From contig JAZORO010000070.1 in the NCBI GenBank assembly GCA_045656605.1, forward strand, positions 731-64,730: 64,000 nt of DNA, in the 5' to 3' direction. Positions 45,093-56,161 of the stretch are shown piece by piece. Below the pieces are notes generated by a model, which was given only the letters and a program-made list of their open reading frames with translations, did no database searches and had not been told where the DNA came from. This DNA is from Eubacteriales bacterium (GTDB taxonomy: Bacteria; Bacillota; Clostridia; Oscillospirales; CAG-272). The translations under genes were made by a program, and so were the position numbers. Position 1 is the stretch's first letter. Each line of letters opens with the position of its first letter.

Positions 45093-46418
45093 ATGATTAA
45101 AATTACGTTTATGGGTGCAGGAAGCACCGTTTTCGCAAAGAACGTACTCGGCGACTGTATGCTCACCCCCGCCCTTGATGAGCTGAATATTTCTCTTTAC
45201 GACATTGATTCGGACAGACTCGAGCAATCCTTCGTTATGGTAAATCTTCTTAAAAAGAACCTAAACAGAGACAGCGTTATCGTTGAGAAGTACCTCGGTG
45301 TTGAAAATCGTAAGGACGCTCTTCGCGGAGCCGACTTTGTAGTAAACGCCATCCAGGTCGGCTTCTATCGCCCTGCAACAGTTATAGATTTTGAAGTACC
45401 GAAGAAGTACGGTCTAAGACAGACTATCGCTGATACTCTCGGCATCGGCGGCATATTCCGCGCACTCAGAACGATACCCGTGCTTGAGGATTTTGCAAGA
45501 GATATGGAAGAGGTTTGCCCCGACGCATACTTCCTCAACTACACCAACCCTATGGGAATGCTCGCAGGGTATATGCAGAGATATACAGGCGTCAAGACCG
45601 TGGGTCTCTGTCACTCCGTGCAGGTATGCTCGAAAAAACTCCTCTCCGGTCTCGGAATCGAGCCTAAGCTCCCCCTTAAGGAGAAGATTGCGGGAATCAA
45701 CCATATGGCGTGGCTGCTCGAAATAAAGGACGCCGACGGTGTCGACCTCTACCCCGAGATTAAGAAGAGAGCCTTCGCAGAGCTTGCGAAAATGCCCGAG
45801 AGCGAGTGCAAGGACCTCGTCAGATACGAATACATACGCCGCTTCGGCTACTACTGCACAGAGTCGAGCGAGCACAACGCAGAGTACAACAACCTCTTCA
45901 TCAAGTCGAAGTACCCCGAGCTTATCGACAGATACAATATTCCTCTCGATGAATATCCCCGTCGCTGTGAAAACCAGATAAAGGGCTGGGAGGATGCAAA
46001 GCTCGCATATATGTCGGGGCAAATCACTCATACACGCTCAAGAGAGTACGCCTCCGCTATAATGGAAGCTATCGTTACCAACGTACCCACCCAGATAGGC
46101 GGAAACGTCATTAATAACGGATGCATCGAGAACCTTCCCCGCGAGGCGTGCGTAGAAGTCCCCTGTCTTGTAAACCGCCTCGGCATTCAGCCGACGGTAG
46201 TAGGCAGACTCCCCGTCCAGCTCGCAGCGATGAATATGACTAATATCAACGTACAGCTACTCACAATCGAGGCTGCTGTGACGAAGAAAAAGGAGCATAT
46301 CTACCAGGCGGCTATGCTCGATCCCCACACCTCGTCGGAGCTCTCTATCGACGACATCGTAAGTATGTGCGACGACCTCATCGAGGCGCACGGCGACTAC
46401 CTGCCTAAGTATCACTGA
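45093..46418 (+). CDS. melA: alpha-galactosidase, glycoside hydrolase family 4
   Basis: 'KITFMGAGSTVFAKNVLGD', 'GLCHSVQ', 'INHMAW' and 'TESSEHNAEY' give a close full-length resemblance to MelA. Confidence 0.85.
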   Translation: MIKITFMGAGSTVFAKNVLGDCMLTPALDELNISLYDIDSDRLEQSFVMVNLLKKNLNRDSVIVEKYLGVENRKDALRGADFVVNAIQVGFYRPATVIDFEVPKKYGLRQTIADTLGIGGIFRALRTIPVLEDFARDMEEVCPDAYFLNYTNPMGMLAGYMQRYTGVKTVGLCHSVQVCSKKLLSGLGIEPKLPLKEKIAGINHMAWLLEIKDADGVDLYPEIKKRAFAELAKMPESECKDLVRYEYIRRFGYYCTESSEHNAEYNNLFIKSKYPELIDRYNIPLDEYPRRCENQIKGWEDAKLAYMSGQITHTRSREYASAIMEAIVTNVPTQIGGNVINNGCIENLPREACVEVPCLVNRLGIQPTVVGRLPVQLAAMNMTNINVQLLTIEAAVTKKKEHIYQAAMLDPHTSSELSIDDIVSMCDDLIEAHGDYLPKYH

Positions 46419-46813
46419 TATCAGACCCTTTGCAAGGGCAGAGGCGGATTAGCGTAATACCCTTAACGGATAACAAGTAAACGTAAAAAGAGATAGCATT
46501 TCGGTCAAATACCGTTTTGTTATCTCTTTTGTTTATAGAGTAGACTCGGGCTTTTTGCGTTTAATTATCAAAAGACGATAACCGCACTTAGCAGCGCCAA
46601 AAATTTTTCCGCATTACAAACAAAGATACTTTCTCCGACGTCAAGACCGCAAAAGAAGGGTTGCGCTTTCAAAAAAGAAGACACTATCATTCAAGTACAA
46701 TTATAAGCCATTAAAGTTCAACAATACTGTTGATTTTCATCTGCGATATATGATACAATTATGTTAATCCGAAAAGCTCGTATAAGACTCGAGCAAGAAA
46801 AAGGGGCATAGCC

Positions 46814-49800
46814 ATGAATTTATCTATCGCAAAGATAAAAAGAACGCTCGACGTTCTTAAGGAATCCTCTTCTACTTTAGTAGAAAAAATCGACAATCTC
46901 ACGGCGTTAGAGGTTTTCGACTACAAGGAGTCGAACGAGCCGCCAAAAGGTGAATTACGCCCTTCTCCGTCGTAGACGGCCTTGAAAAAAGATACTGGAT
47001 AAAATCGTCCTTCAAGACACCCAAGGACGAGACGAACTGCAAATATTTTCTCAGAGTAAATACAGGCGTTAAGGGCTGGGATGCTATCAACCCTCAGCTC
47101 ATATTCTACTCTAACGGCAAAATGGTGCAAGGACTCGATATAAATCATTTTCTTGTGCCTCTCGAGGGCGATAAGGACTACGATACGTATTGCTATCTCT
47201 ATTCCGGCAGTCAGGTCTCTCATTTTCCCGTTAAGTATGAATTGATAAAGATAAACAAGCGTGCGGAAAAGCTATATTATGATATGGTAGTACCGCACGA
47301 CGCCTGCCGCGACGTATACCCCGAGGATTCCAAAGAATATTCCGAGACTCTCAGGGCGCTTGATATGGCTGCAAATGCGATTGATTTTCGCAATATCGGC
47401 TCTAGGGAGTTCTATGAGAGCGTGGAAAAGGCTCTTAGCATTATGGAAGAGGAGTTTTATGAGAAGCTCTGCTCAATCGAGGGTAAGCCTATCGTCAACT
47501 ACGTAGGTCACACTCATATAGACGTCGAATGGCTCTGGGACAGGCGACAGACGAGAGAAAAAATACAGCGCAGCGCCTCTACCGCCGTTACGCTTATGAA
47601 GGAATACCCCGAATATAAATTTATGCTCTCTCAGCCAGAGCTGTACCGATATCTCAAAGAGGGCGCACCCGAAAAGTACGAAGAGGTGCGTACACTAATC
47701 GACTCGGGAAGATGGGAGGTCGACGGCGCTCTGTACCTCGAGTGCGACTGCAACCTGACTAGTGGCGAGAGTCTCGTGCGTCAGCTTATGTACGGCAAGA
47801 GGTTCTTTGCGTCCGAGTTCGGACGTGACAGCAGAATCTGCTTCCTGCCCGACGTGTTCGGATACAGCGCAGCGATGCCTCAGATACTTAAGAAGAGTGA
47901 CGTAGACTACTTCATCACATCGAAAATCAGCTGGAACGATACTAACACAATGCCGCACGACGCATTTATGTGGCAGGGCATCGACGGTACGGAGATATTC
48001 TCCGCCTTTATAACCGCTCAGGATTATAAAAAAGGAAAAGCGCCGACAAACGGCACTACGTACGTCGGTAATATCACCGCCGCAAACACGAAGGGGGCGT
48101 GGGAGAGATTTAAGGACAAGGATTACTCATACAACGTAATCTCGACATACGGCCACGGAGACGGCGGAGGTGGACCCACCCGTGAGATGCTCGAGCGCGG
48201 AAGAAGACTCGAAAAGGGTCTGCCCGGGATGCCGGTAGCTAAATTCAACCACCTGCGCCCGTACTTGGATACTCTGGCCGAGGAATTCTTTAAAAACGCA
48301 GATAGGCTTCGAGTCACTCCCAAGTGGGTTGGCGAGCTATATCTTGAATACCACAGAGGAACGTATACAACGCAGGCCGCCGTAAAGAGGGGCAACCGAA
48401 AGTCCGAGCTGGCGCTGGGCGCTCTCGAGGCAATCTCGTCACTGGGTCTGCACTGTGGCGAGGACTTCGACAGAGCAAAAATCGCAGATGCCTGGCGTGA
48501 CGTATGCACAACCAATTCCACGACATTCTACCTGGCTCGAGCGTAGAGTCGGTCTATCGCTTTGCCGCCGATGATCACGCACGTGTGATTGGCTATGCGA
48601 CAGCCGAGAGCGAAAGAAGGCTCAGGAATCTTGCGAAAAAAATCAACACGGGTGGCGGTGTGCTCGTATACAATCCCACGGGATTTTCACGGAGCGGCAA
48701 CATATCCTTAGACGGAATGACTGTTAGCACGGGGTGCGGAATACCCGCCTTCGGATATGCCGTTATTCAGCCTAAGGCGCCCGTATGCGAGGTTACCGTA
48801 TTGGGCAACACGGCAGAAAACAGCTTCTACAAGCTCACGCTCGACAGTGCCGGAAGGATAAAATCTCTATACGACAAGCGTGCAGAGCGTGAGGTTGTGC
48901 TCGACGGCTCTTATATGAATGAGTTCTCTACCTACGAGGACTATCCTCAGACCTATGATGCGTGGGAAATCGAATCCTATGCTTTCACCAAAGGGTACAA
49001 GCTCGACTCCGACGCTGTTATAGCTCCCGTATACGACGGAGAGAGAGCAGGCCTTACCGTTACAAGAAAATATCAGAGTTCCGAAATAAAGCAGACAATA
49101 TGGCTATACTCAGCTTCCGAGAGAATAGACCTCGACCACCATATAGATTGGCACGAGAAGCATCAGCTGCTTAAGCTCGCCTTCCCTCTGAATTTGCACG
49201 CAACGAAGGCAAGCTACGATATTCAGTTCGGACATCTGGAGCGTCCCACGCACCAAAACACAAGCTGGGACAAGGCGAAGTTCGAGGTTTGCGCACACAA
49301 ATGGGTCGATATTTCCGAGCACGGGTACGGCGTCTCCCTGCTTAACGATTGCAAATACGGCTATTCCGCAGAAGGCAGCACAATTAAGCTCACCTGTATT
49401 AAATGCCCCGAATATCCCGCCCCCAATGCGGACGTCGGAGAGCACGAGTTCACCGTTTCTCTCTATCCGCACGAGGGCGATTTCCGAGAGGCGGGAACAA
49501 TCCGAGAAGCGTATGCCCTTAACAGTCCTCTTATGGCTATGAGGATTGAAAAGAACGACGGCGTTCTTCCCGAAAGCTTCTCGCTTGTATCGTGTGATAA
49601 CCCTGCCGTTGTTCTTGAAACCGTAAAGCCGGCAGAGGAATCCGACGATATTGTAATAAGGCTGTACGAGTCCTTCGGCGGTAACGCAAAAGCGAGAATC
49701 CAGCTTGCCGACGGATTTACCAAAGCCTATCTCACGACCTTGACCGAAAAGAATGTACAGGAGCTTCAAATTACAGACGGATGCCTTGAGCTCAAATTCC

Positions 49801-49841
49801 ACGCTTTCGAAATTCACACTCTCAGGCTTGCACGCTCGTAA
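46814..49841 (+). pseudogene. GH38 alpha-mannosidase interrupted by two frameshifts
   Basis: Three consecutive frames together encode one GH38 protein: 46814-46972, then about 46954-48546 ('GHTHIDVEWLW'), then 48504-49841 ('NQFHDILPGSS'). The frame changes are near 46950 and 48500. Confidence 0.75.
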
Positions 49842-49965
49842 TTGCAAAAGCGCAATGGCAATATAGGCTTAGTACAAACGTACGGATATCGTTTTTTACA
49901 CCTTCACTTCCTCTTATTCGTACCGCTTTGCTCCTCGAACGCAAAAAGCTAAATAAAACAAACTA

Positions 49966-49999
49966 AGGGCGCTCCTGCGGGAGCGCCCTTCTCTTTTTC
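49966..49999. terminator. bidirectional terminator
   Basis: The stem AGGGCGCTCC/GGAGCGCCCT has a 4-nt loop and is followed by TCTCTTTTT. Confidence 0.75.
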
Positions 50000-50007
50000 A
50001 AAAGCTA

Positions 50008-51357
50008 TTATTTTTCCGTATCGACCCCGGCGCCTACAACCTTCTTAAGCAAGGGCACAAGAGCGATGAGGAGCAAGGTAACAGCTCCCGCTACGAGGAA
50101 TATCTCCGGCGCAGGTATATATGCCGTAGTCATCGCATCTGCGCCTGCGTCCTCGAGAGGAATGTTTCTCGCCTTGTTTATCGCATTTCCGATAAGCGGA
50201 CCGGCAATCATAGGAATTAAAACGCTGAATACCATACGCACGCCCTGGAGCTTGCCCGTATCCTTCGGGGGCGTGTAGTCTCTGACGATAGAGCCGGTCA
50301 ATTGCGCCAAGAATATATATCCCGTAATCATAACGAAGCCTGCGATACCGAAGAGTATAAGAGTCGGGAGCTTGTCGATACCCTTAACAAGATACATAGC
50401 AAACAGCCCCGCCGCCATAACAGCGCCTGCAATGTACAGCAGCTTTACCTTATCGAGTTTATCGCTGAGCCTACCGAGATAAAGGTTTATTATTGCGCCG
50501 AATATTATCGCTGCGCCGAAAACGATACTGTACTCGATTACGCTGAAGTCAAGGAAGGTCTTCATATAAATTATGAGGTAAGGCATAAATATCTGGCAGG
50601 CAATGCCGTATACCACAATTATAATCAGTGTAATATAGAGAGGCAGGTTCTCCTTAATCACAGATGAGCGGAAGCCGTAGAATATATCCTTAAGTCCGCC
50701 GTTTTTCTCAAGGGTATCGCTGTCACGTATAACAAACACACCAACGACACCCGACACGGAAATGACTGCTCCGAGCCCGACAAAAACGGGTGTATAGCTG
50801 AATGCATCCACAAGTATTCCGAAGCCGCCGGCAACTATAAGCATGGCGAAGAGGGGCATCACAGCTACAACTCCCTCTATCTTGCCTCTTATTTTTGAGG
50901 TAGTGTTATCGGTGACCCAAGCGTTGAAGCAAGCGTCGTTTGCCGTCGAGCCGAAGAGCGTCATAACGCAATCGCCAACAATAACCGCCGCAAGTGCGAG
51001 AGTAACGGCTCCGCCCTCGTCAAGGCTGAAGAGCTTCGCCATAAGCTCTGGAGAGATACATCCGAACAGAGCAACAGTCACTCCCCAGATAGCATAGCCA
51101 TATGATATAAAGTGACGCCTTACGCCAACCTTGTCAGAAAGGGTGCCCGCAATCAGAGTCGCCACAGTCGCCATAACTCCGCTGAGCTGAACCATAAGCG
51201 TTATAGCCTCAAGGTTAGGGGCAATTGTGTCGAAAACAAAAAGATTAAAGTACATATTCTCGACACTCCAGGCAATCTGCCCCGCAATGCCGAAAAGTAT
51301 GAGGGTAAGCCAACTTCTTCTCGAAAAGCCGCCGTTCGGCGTATCAATACTCTTCAT
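50008..51357 (-). CDS. MFS transporter (possibly glycoside/cation symporter-like)
   Basis: The 449-aa protein has about 12 hydrophobic segments and sits in a glycosidase neighbourhood. Confidence 0.65.
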   Translation of the reverse strand: MKSIDTPNGGFSRRSWLTLILFGIAGQIAWSVENMYFNLFVFDTIAPNLEAITLMVQLSGVMATVATLIAGTLSDKVGVRRHFISYGYAIWGVTVALFGCISPELMAKLFSLDEGGAVTLALAAVIVGDCVMTLFGSTANDACFNAWVTDNTTSKIRGKIEGVVAVMPLFAMLIVAGGFGILVDAFSYTPVFVGLGAVISVSGVVGVFVIRDSDTLEKNGGLKDIFYGFRSSVIKENLPLYITLIIIVVYGIACQIFMPYLIIYMKTFLDFSVIEYSIVFGAAIIFGAIINLYLGRLSDKLDKVKLLYIAGAVMAAGLFAMYLVKGIDKLPTLILFGIAGFVMITGYIFLAQLTGSIVRDYTPPKDTGKLQGVRMVFSVLIPMIAGPLIGNAINKARNIPLEDAGADAMTTAYIPAPEIFLVAGAVTLLLIALVPLLKKVVGAGVDTEK

Positions 51358-51568
51358 ACTGCATTATTCCTTTCTTATCGGTAAAAATAGTTTTATCAAA
51401 ATACCAAAAAACCGTTCAAGATAAACTTGGGCAAGTATAATGGATTTAACAGGGACATTATAGCACCGAGATAGCATTTTGTCAACACAAATGACTTCCC
51501 CACCCTTGATTTTCGAGAATTCGTGTGCTATAATTTTTGTGTTTGAATAATATCGAAAGAGTGAAAAA

Positions 51569-52936
51569 ATGGCAACAAGCATATCAAAAGATTTTACACG
51601 TGGCAGTATTCCGAAGTCATTGCTTATGTTTATGCTCCCCTTTATGGCGTCAAATGCGCTCCAAGTGCTGTATAGCACGATAGATATGGTTATAGTCGGG
51701 CACTACGTAGGTACTCCGGGACTTTCCGCCGTATCGCAGAGCAGCCAGATTGTGAACTTTGCGGTTATGGTGTGCCTCGGCTTTGCCAATGCGGGCCAGG
51801 TGCTCATATCCCAGGCTCTCGGCGCAGGTAAGAAAAAAGAGATGAACGATATCATCGGTACTCTGTTCTCCTACCTTGTAATCCTATCCGCCATACTGTC
51901 CGTTATAATACTGGCAATCCGAGTCTGGATATTAAACGTGATGAAGATACCCGATGAGTCCTACGCTATGACTATGGATTATCTGGTCATATGCACTGCG
52001 GGTCTTGTATTCACCGCCGGATACAATATGGTATCCGCCGTGCTCAGAGGTATGGGTGACACGAAGCGCCCCTTCCTCTTCATTGCGCTGGCTTCTGTTG
52101 TCAACCTGATTCTCGACCTATTGTTCACAGGTCTTTTCGGCTGGGGCGTTGCCGGTGCGGCGTGGGCTACCATAATCGGTCAGGCGGTATCCTTCGTTTT
52201 CTCGGCGGTCTACCTATACAGGAAGAGGGAAGAGTTCGGCTTCGACTTCCGCCGCAAGAGCTTTATACCTCGTAAGAAATTCTGTCTGATGATTACGGGG
52301 CTCGGCACACCGATGGCTGTGCAGTCCGGATTTATCAACGTATCTATGCTCTTCGTAAACGCTATGATAAACGACGTCGGCGTTGTAGCCTCGGCTACCT
52401 TCGGTGTCGGTGTCAGAATCGATGATATTATAAACAAGATTTCTCAGGGAATCCAGTATGCCGCAATGCCTATGATAAGCCAGAACATCGGGGCAAAGCA
52501 GGAGAAGAGAGCTACGAGCGTCGTATACTACGCTATCATATACTCGCTTGCTCTGACTCTTATTTTCGTGCTTCTGTATATTCTTCTCGGACGGCAGCTC
52601 TTTATGATGTTCTCCGACGACCCCCTTGTGCACGAGATGTCCTCGACGTTTATAAAGGCTATAATCTGGATGTTCCCCGCCTTCGCAGTTATGAGAGGAA
52701 GCGGAGCATTTATTCAGGGTATCGGAAATGCGAAGCTCGGTATGGTGCTCGCAATACTCGACGGAGTAGTACTGAGAATAGGACTCAGCTGGATTTTCGG
52801 AAGCCTTATCGGCTGGGGCTTCTACGGATATGTCCTCGGCTATGCCTTGGCTCCGTACGGCTACGCTGTCCCGAGTATAACCTACTTCTTCTCGGGAATC
52901 TGGAAAAAGAGAAAGGTACTCGCAGACTCACTGTAA
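51569..52936 (+). CDS. MATE family efflux transporter
   Basis: 'LPFMASNALQVLYSTIDMVIVG' is present in a 12-TM type protein. Confidence 0.85.
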   Translation: MATSISKDFTRGSIPKSLLMFMLPFMASNALQVLYSTIDMVIVGHYVGTPGLSAVSQSSQIVNFAVMVCLGFANAGQVLISQALGAGKKKEMNDIIGTLFSYLVILSAILSVIILAIRVWILNVMKIPDESYAMTMDYLVICTAGLVFTAGYNMVSAVLRGMGDTKRPFLFIALASVVNLILDLLFTGLFGWGVAGAAWATIIGQAVSFVFSAVYLYRKREEFGFDFRRKSFIPRKKFCLMITGLGTPMAVQSGFINVSMLFVNAMINDVGVVASATFGVGVRIDDIINKISQGIQYAAMPMISQNIGAKQEKRATSVVYYAIIYSLALTLIFVLLYILLGRQLFMMFSDDPLVHEMSSTFIKAIIWMFPAFAVMRGSGAFIQGIGNAKLGMVLAILDGVVLRIGLSWIFGSLIGWGFYGYVLGYALAPYGYAVPSITYFFSGIWKKRKVLADSL

Positions 52937-53008
52937 CAAAAAAGTGCATCCCACGGCGACGAAGGCTCGATCGAGAGCGCCACGCTGATGTGGGATGCGC
53001 TTTTTATT

Positions 53009-53497
53009 TTAAAGGTCTGCTATAAGCTGATTTCTGCTGTGCTTATCAAGCTCTCTGTAATCGGCTATAACGTATCTGTTATCATCAGAATCCCTGACAC
53101 GTACCCTTCCGTCGGGATAAACACGGATATCGTGGTTTCTGTTTCTGATATCAAATTCCTTTCTGCCTCTGTCTGTGTCAACGACCCAGTGTATCTTTCC
53201 GTTTTTCTCGCTGACTGAAAGTATTCTATCTATATTCGGCACAAGGTAATAATCGTCGAGACTGTCGGTGACAACCCTCTTTGACTCAGGGTCTAAGTCA
53301 TCAAGATTTCGAACGACCGCTTTTTCTATCCCTTCCGCATCGAGAAAAGTAATATAGCCGGTCAGTCTGCTGACGGGGAAAAGCCGCCTTGGCTCAAGCT
53401 CCGTCATAACCTCTCCCGTCTTAAGGGTGAGCGTCACAAGATTGTTCTCTGCGCAAGAAACCTTATCCGTATCGGTTAAAAAAATCCTCGTACTCAT
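53009..53497 (-). CDS. DUF1854 domain protein
   Basis: 'EPRRLFPVS' and 'YITFLD' are present. Its start overlaps the stop of the upstream ABC gene (ATGA). Confidence 0.65.
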   Translation of the reverse strand: MSTRIFLTDTDKVSCAENNLVTLTLKTGEVMTELEPRRLFPVSRLTGYITFLDAEGIEKAVVRNLDDLDPESKRVVTDSLDDYYLVPNIDRILSVSEKNGKIHWVVDTDRGRKEFDIRNRNHDIRVYPDGRVRVRDSDDNRYVIADYRELDKHSRNQLIADL

Positions 53498-55809
53498 CAG
53501 AATCTCTCCTCCTCTCTCATCCTCTCGGCATCCTGCGCCATAGACTGTATTTGTACAAGCTTATAGTATTTCCCCTTCATAGCCATAAGCTCCTCGGGAG
53601 AGCCGTTCTCGATTATCCTACCGTCGTCGACGACGATAATTCTGTTAGCTCTTTTCAGAGTAGAAAGCCTGTGGGCGATCATCAAGGTCGTCTTTCCTTC
53701 AATAAGCCTGTCTATGGCCTCCTGTATCAGATGCTCGGTCTCCGAATCAACGGCTGCAGTAGCCTCGTCAAATATAAGGATTGACGGCGACTTCAATACC
53801 GCTCTGGCTATCGATATTCTCTGCTTTTCTCCACCGGAGACGCCTACTCCACGCTCTCCGAGCATAGTATCGTATGCGTCGGGCTGGCGCGCAATAAAGC
53901 CGTGGGCATTCGCTATGTCGGCGGCGTTGATCACGTCTTCTACCGTAGCATCGGGATTACTGTATGCTATGTTATTAAATATCGTGTCGCTGAACATCAT
54001 CGGCTCTTGCTGAACGTATCCTATCTGCCCTCGATAGGCTGAGAGGTCGAAGTTCTTTATATTATGCCCGTCTACAAGTATCTCGCCGGAGTACCCGTCG
54101 TAGAATCGCATAAGAAGATTCACAAGAGTTGATTTTCCCGAGCCGGTCGTTCCTACGATACCGACTATTTCTCCGGGATTTATGGTGAGGGATACATCGT
54201 CGAGCACCTTTTTCGTTCTGTCGAAGGAGAATGTGACGTGATTGAACTCTATCTTTCCGTCGAGCTTATTCGGCACGGTATGCATCTCGGCCTGTGTCTC
54301 CGGCTCAGCCTCCAGTATATCGAGAATTTTCTCGGTAGATGCCAAAGCCCCCTGGAAGGAATCCGAGAGGTTTGCAAAGAAGGTAACCGGATTGTAAAAC
54401 ATAGACGCATATGAAATGAAGGAGACTACAAGTCCTGCGGAATAACCGCCGACCCCCTCGATAACCTTCGTTCCGCCAACCATCCATATTATAAGAGAGC
54501 CGCAGGTAACGAGGAAGGATATAATCTGCGGGAAAGAGGTTGCAAGCTTTCCTATCTTCAGGTCCATATCAAGCCAGTCCTCGTTCTTTTTTATGAACTT
54601 ATCAGCCGACCTATCCTCACCCGTGAAGGACTTTACAACCTTAATACAGGGTATTGTATCCGACAGGGTAGAAAATACCGACGCCCACCTGCGCCAGATT
54701 CTTCTGTAATACGGGCGGATTTTCTTCGAAAAGATTCTCGTAGCTATAACGATGAATATAACCGGAACCAAGGAATAAAGGGTCAGCGTTGGGTTGAGTG
54801 CAAGCATTATGATAACTATACCGACAAGCTGGAATGCGTGGACCACGGCCTCCTGCGTTATTCTCAGCATAAACTGCTGAAGAGTAGCCGAGTCGCCCGC
54901 AATACGGTTTATTACAGAGCCCGTAGAGGTTTTGTCATAGAACTTCATCGGCAGGTATTGCGCCTTAAGATAAATATCGTTCCTCAGCGCAGCGACCGCT
55001 TTGTCACCGACGGTACGCATAAGATACGCTCTTACTATTCCGATTCCGTACTGGAAAATATACGTGAACAGAAGGCAGGCTATCATAGTGAATAACAGCC
55101 GCACGCCGCCCTCTCCGACAAGAGAGGCGATTTTATTAAGAAGCGTGACCTCGGAGACACCCTTCCCCCCAGGGAATACGACGTCAACTATATAACCCGT
55201 AACCGTGGGTGGAACAAGGGATAGAGCCGTGGTAATCAGCGAAAGTATAATACATACGATGAGAGTTTTTACCTCGGGTAATATGTATTTCGAGAGCTGC
55301 TTCACTATCTTAAACTTTGAACGGCACATAATGCATTCAGCGCCCGGATGAAGCAGAGTTCTACCGCACTTCGGGCAAACGCTGAGAGCTCTTTCGAAGG
55401 TTATCGACATAACGGCGAGCTCTTCGTTTTTATTTCCGCCCTCATTCAAGTGATTAATAAATAAAGCCGCCGCATCACACAGAGCGGCGACCGAGTAGGT
55501 ATATCTGAAGAACACCTCTCTCTTACCGCTCGGCATTATTGCCGAAAGCGTAGCGTTTCCGTACATTCTCTTCGCTACAACATCCTTCATATCACGGTAA
55601 AGGAGCTTGTCCTCTCCGCCATCGCCGTCGCAGCTCAACAGATACTCATCCGTAAAGATCAACGCCGTGGTGGAATATCTTCCTTTTTTTGACAAATCGC
55701 CGACAATTACGAAAAGGACGGAGTCTCCATCTTCATAAACTCTGTCGACGACGGGAGCTATGCTCTTAGGCAAATCCCTGTTTTTTAACACGTACCGTTC
55801 GTTCTGCAT
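53497..55809 (-). CDS. ABC transporter ATP-binding/permease fusion with an N-terminal extra domain containing a zinc ribbon
   Basis: The N-terminal ~190 aa contain 'CPKCGRTLLHPGAECIMC'. A six-TM exporter domain follows, then the NBD with 'GTTGSGKST', 'VSGGEKQR' and 'ILIFDEATAAVD'. The start is ambiguous: either the ATG at 55809 after GGGGAGG, or a TTG at 55926 after AAGGAGAGG. Confidence 0.8.
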   Translation of the reverse strand: MQNERYVLKNRDLPKSIAPVVDRVYEDGDSVLFVIVGDLSKKGRYSTTALIFTDEYLLSCDGDGGEDKLLYRDMKDVVAKRMYGNATLSAIMPSGKREVFFRYTYSVAALCDAAALFINHLNEGGNKNEELAVMSITFERALSVCPKCGRTLLHPGAECIMCRSKFKIVKQLSKYILPEVKTLIVCIILSLITTALSLVPPTVTGYIVDVVFPGGKGVSEVTLLNKIASLVGEGGVRLLFTMIACLLFTYIFQYGIGIVRAYLMRTVGDKAVAALRNDIYLKAQYLPMKFYDKTSTGSVINRIAGDSATLQQFMLRITQEAVVHAFQLVGIVIIMLALNPTLTLYSLVPVIFIVIATRIFSKKIRPYYRRIWRRWASVFSTLSDTIPCIKVVKSFTGEDRSADKFIKKNEDWLDMDLKIGKLATSFPQIISFLVTCGSLIIWMVGGTKVIEGVGGYSAGLVVSFISYASMFYNPVTFFANLSDSFQGALASTEKILDILEAEPETQAEMHTVPNKLDGKIEFNHVTFSFDRTKKVLDDVSLTINPGEIVGIVGTTGSGKSTLVNLLMRFYDGYSGEILVDGHNIKNFDLSAYRGQIGYVQQEPMMFSDTIFNNIAYSNPDATVEDVINAADIANAHGFIARQPDAYDTMLGERGVGVSGGEKQRISIARAVLKSPSILIFDEATAAVDSETEHLIQEAIDRLIEGKTTLMIAHRLSTLKRANRIIVVDDGRIIENGSPEELMAMKGKYYKLVQIQSMAQDAERMREEERF

Positions 55810-56161
55810 TACGCCTCCCCGAAGAAGCGTGAAGCCGAAAGCAACAGGCCTCATTTGCGATAGAACAGGCCGATATAATATCTCAATAACGTGGCCTGTT
55901 TTACTTAAATCCGCGCGCTGTTGCAATCAGCTCGCCTCTCCTTTCATCCCGCACCAATGTGTGCGTGCCTTCGCATTATGAAAATATTATTCCCTCATCG
56001 GGTAATGCTATAATAGCACACGGTTTTTGAAAAAGCAACCCTTTTTCGAAAAAAAGAAAAAACTATTTTCACCCTGCTTTTTCGATGAAATTATTCTAAA
56101 AAAATAGGGGAGCCGGCACGCCTTTAGTACGGCGTGGGCTTCCCTGTTTTTCAATCCTAAA

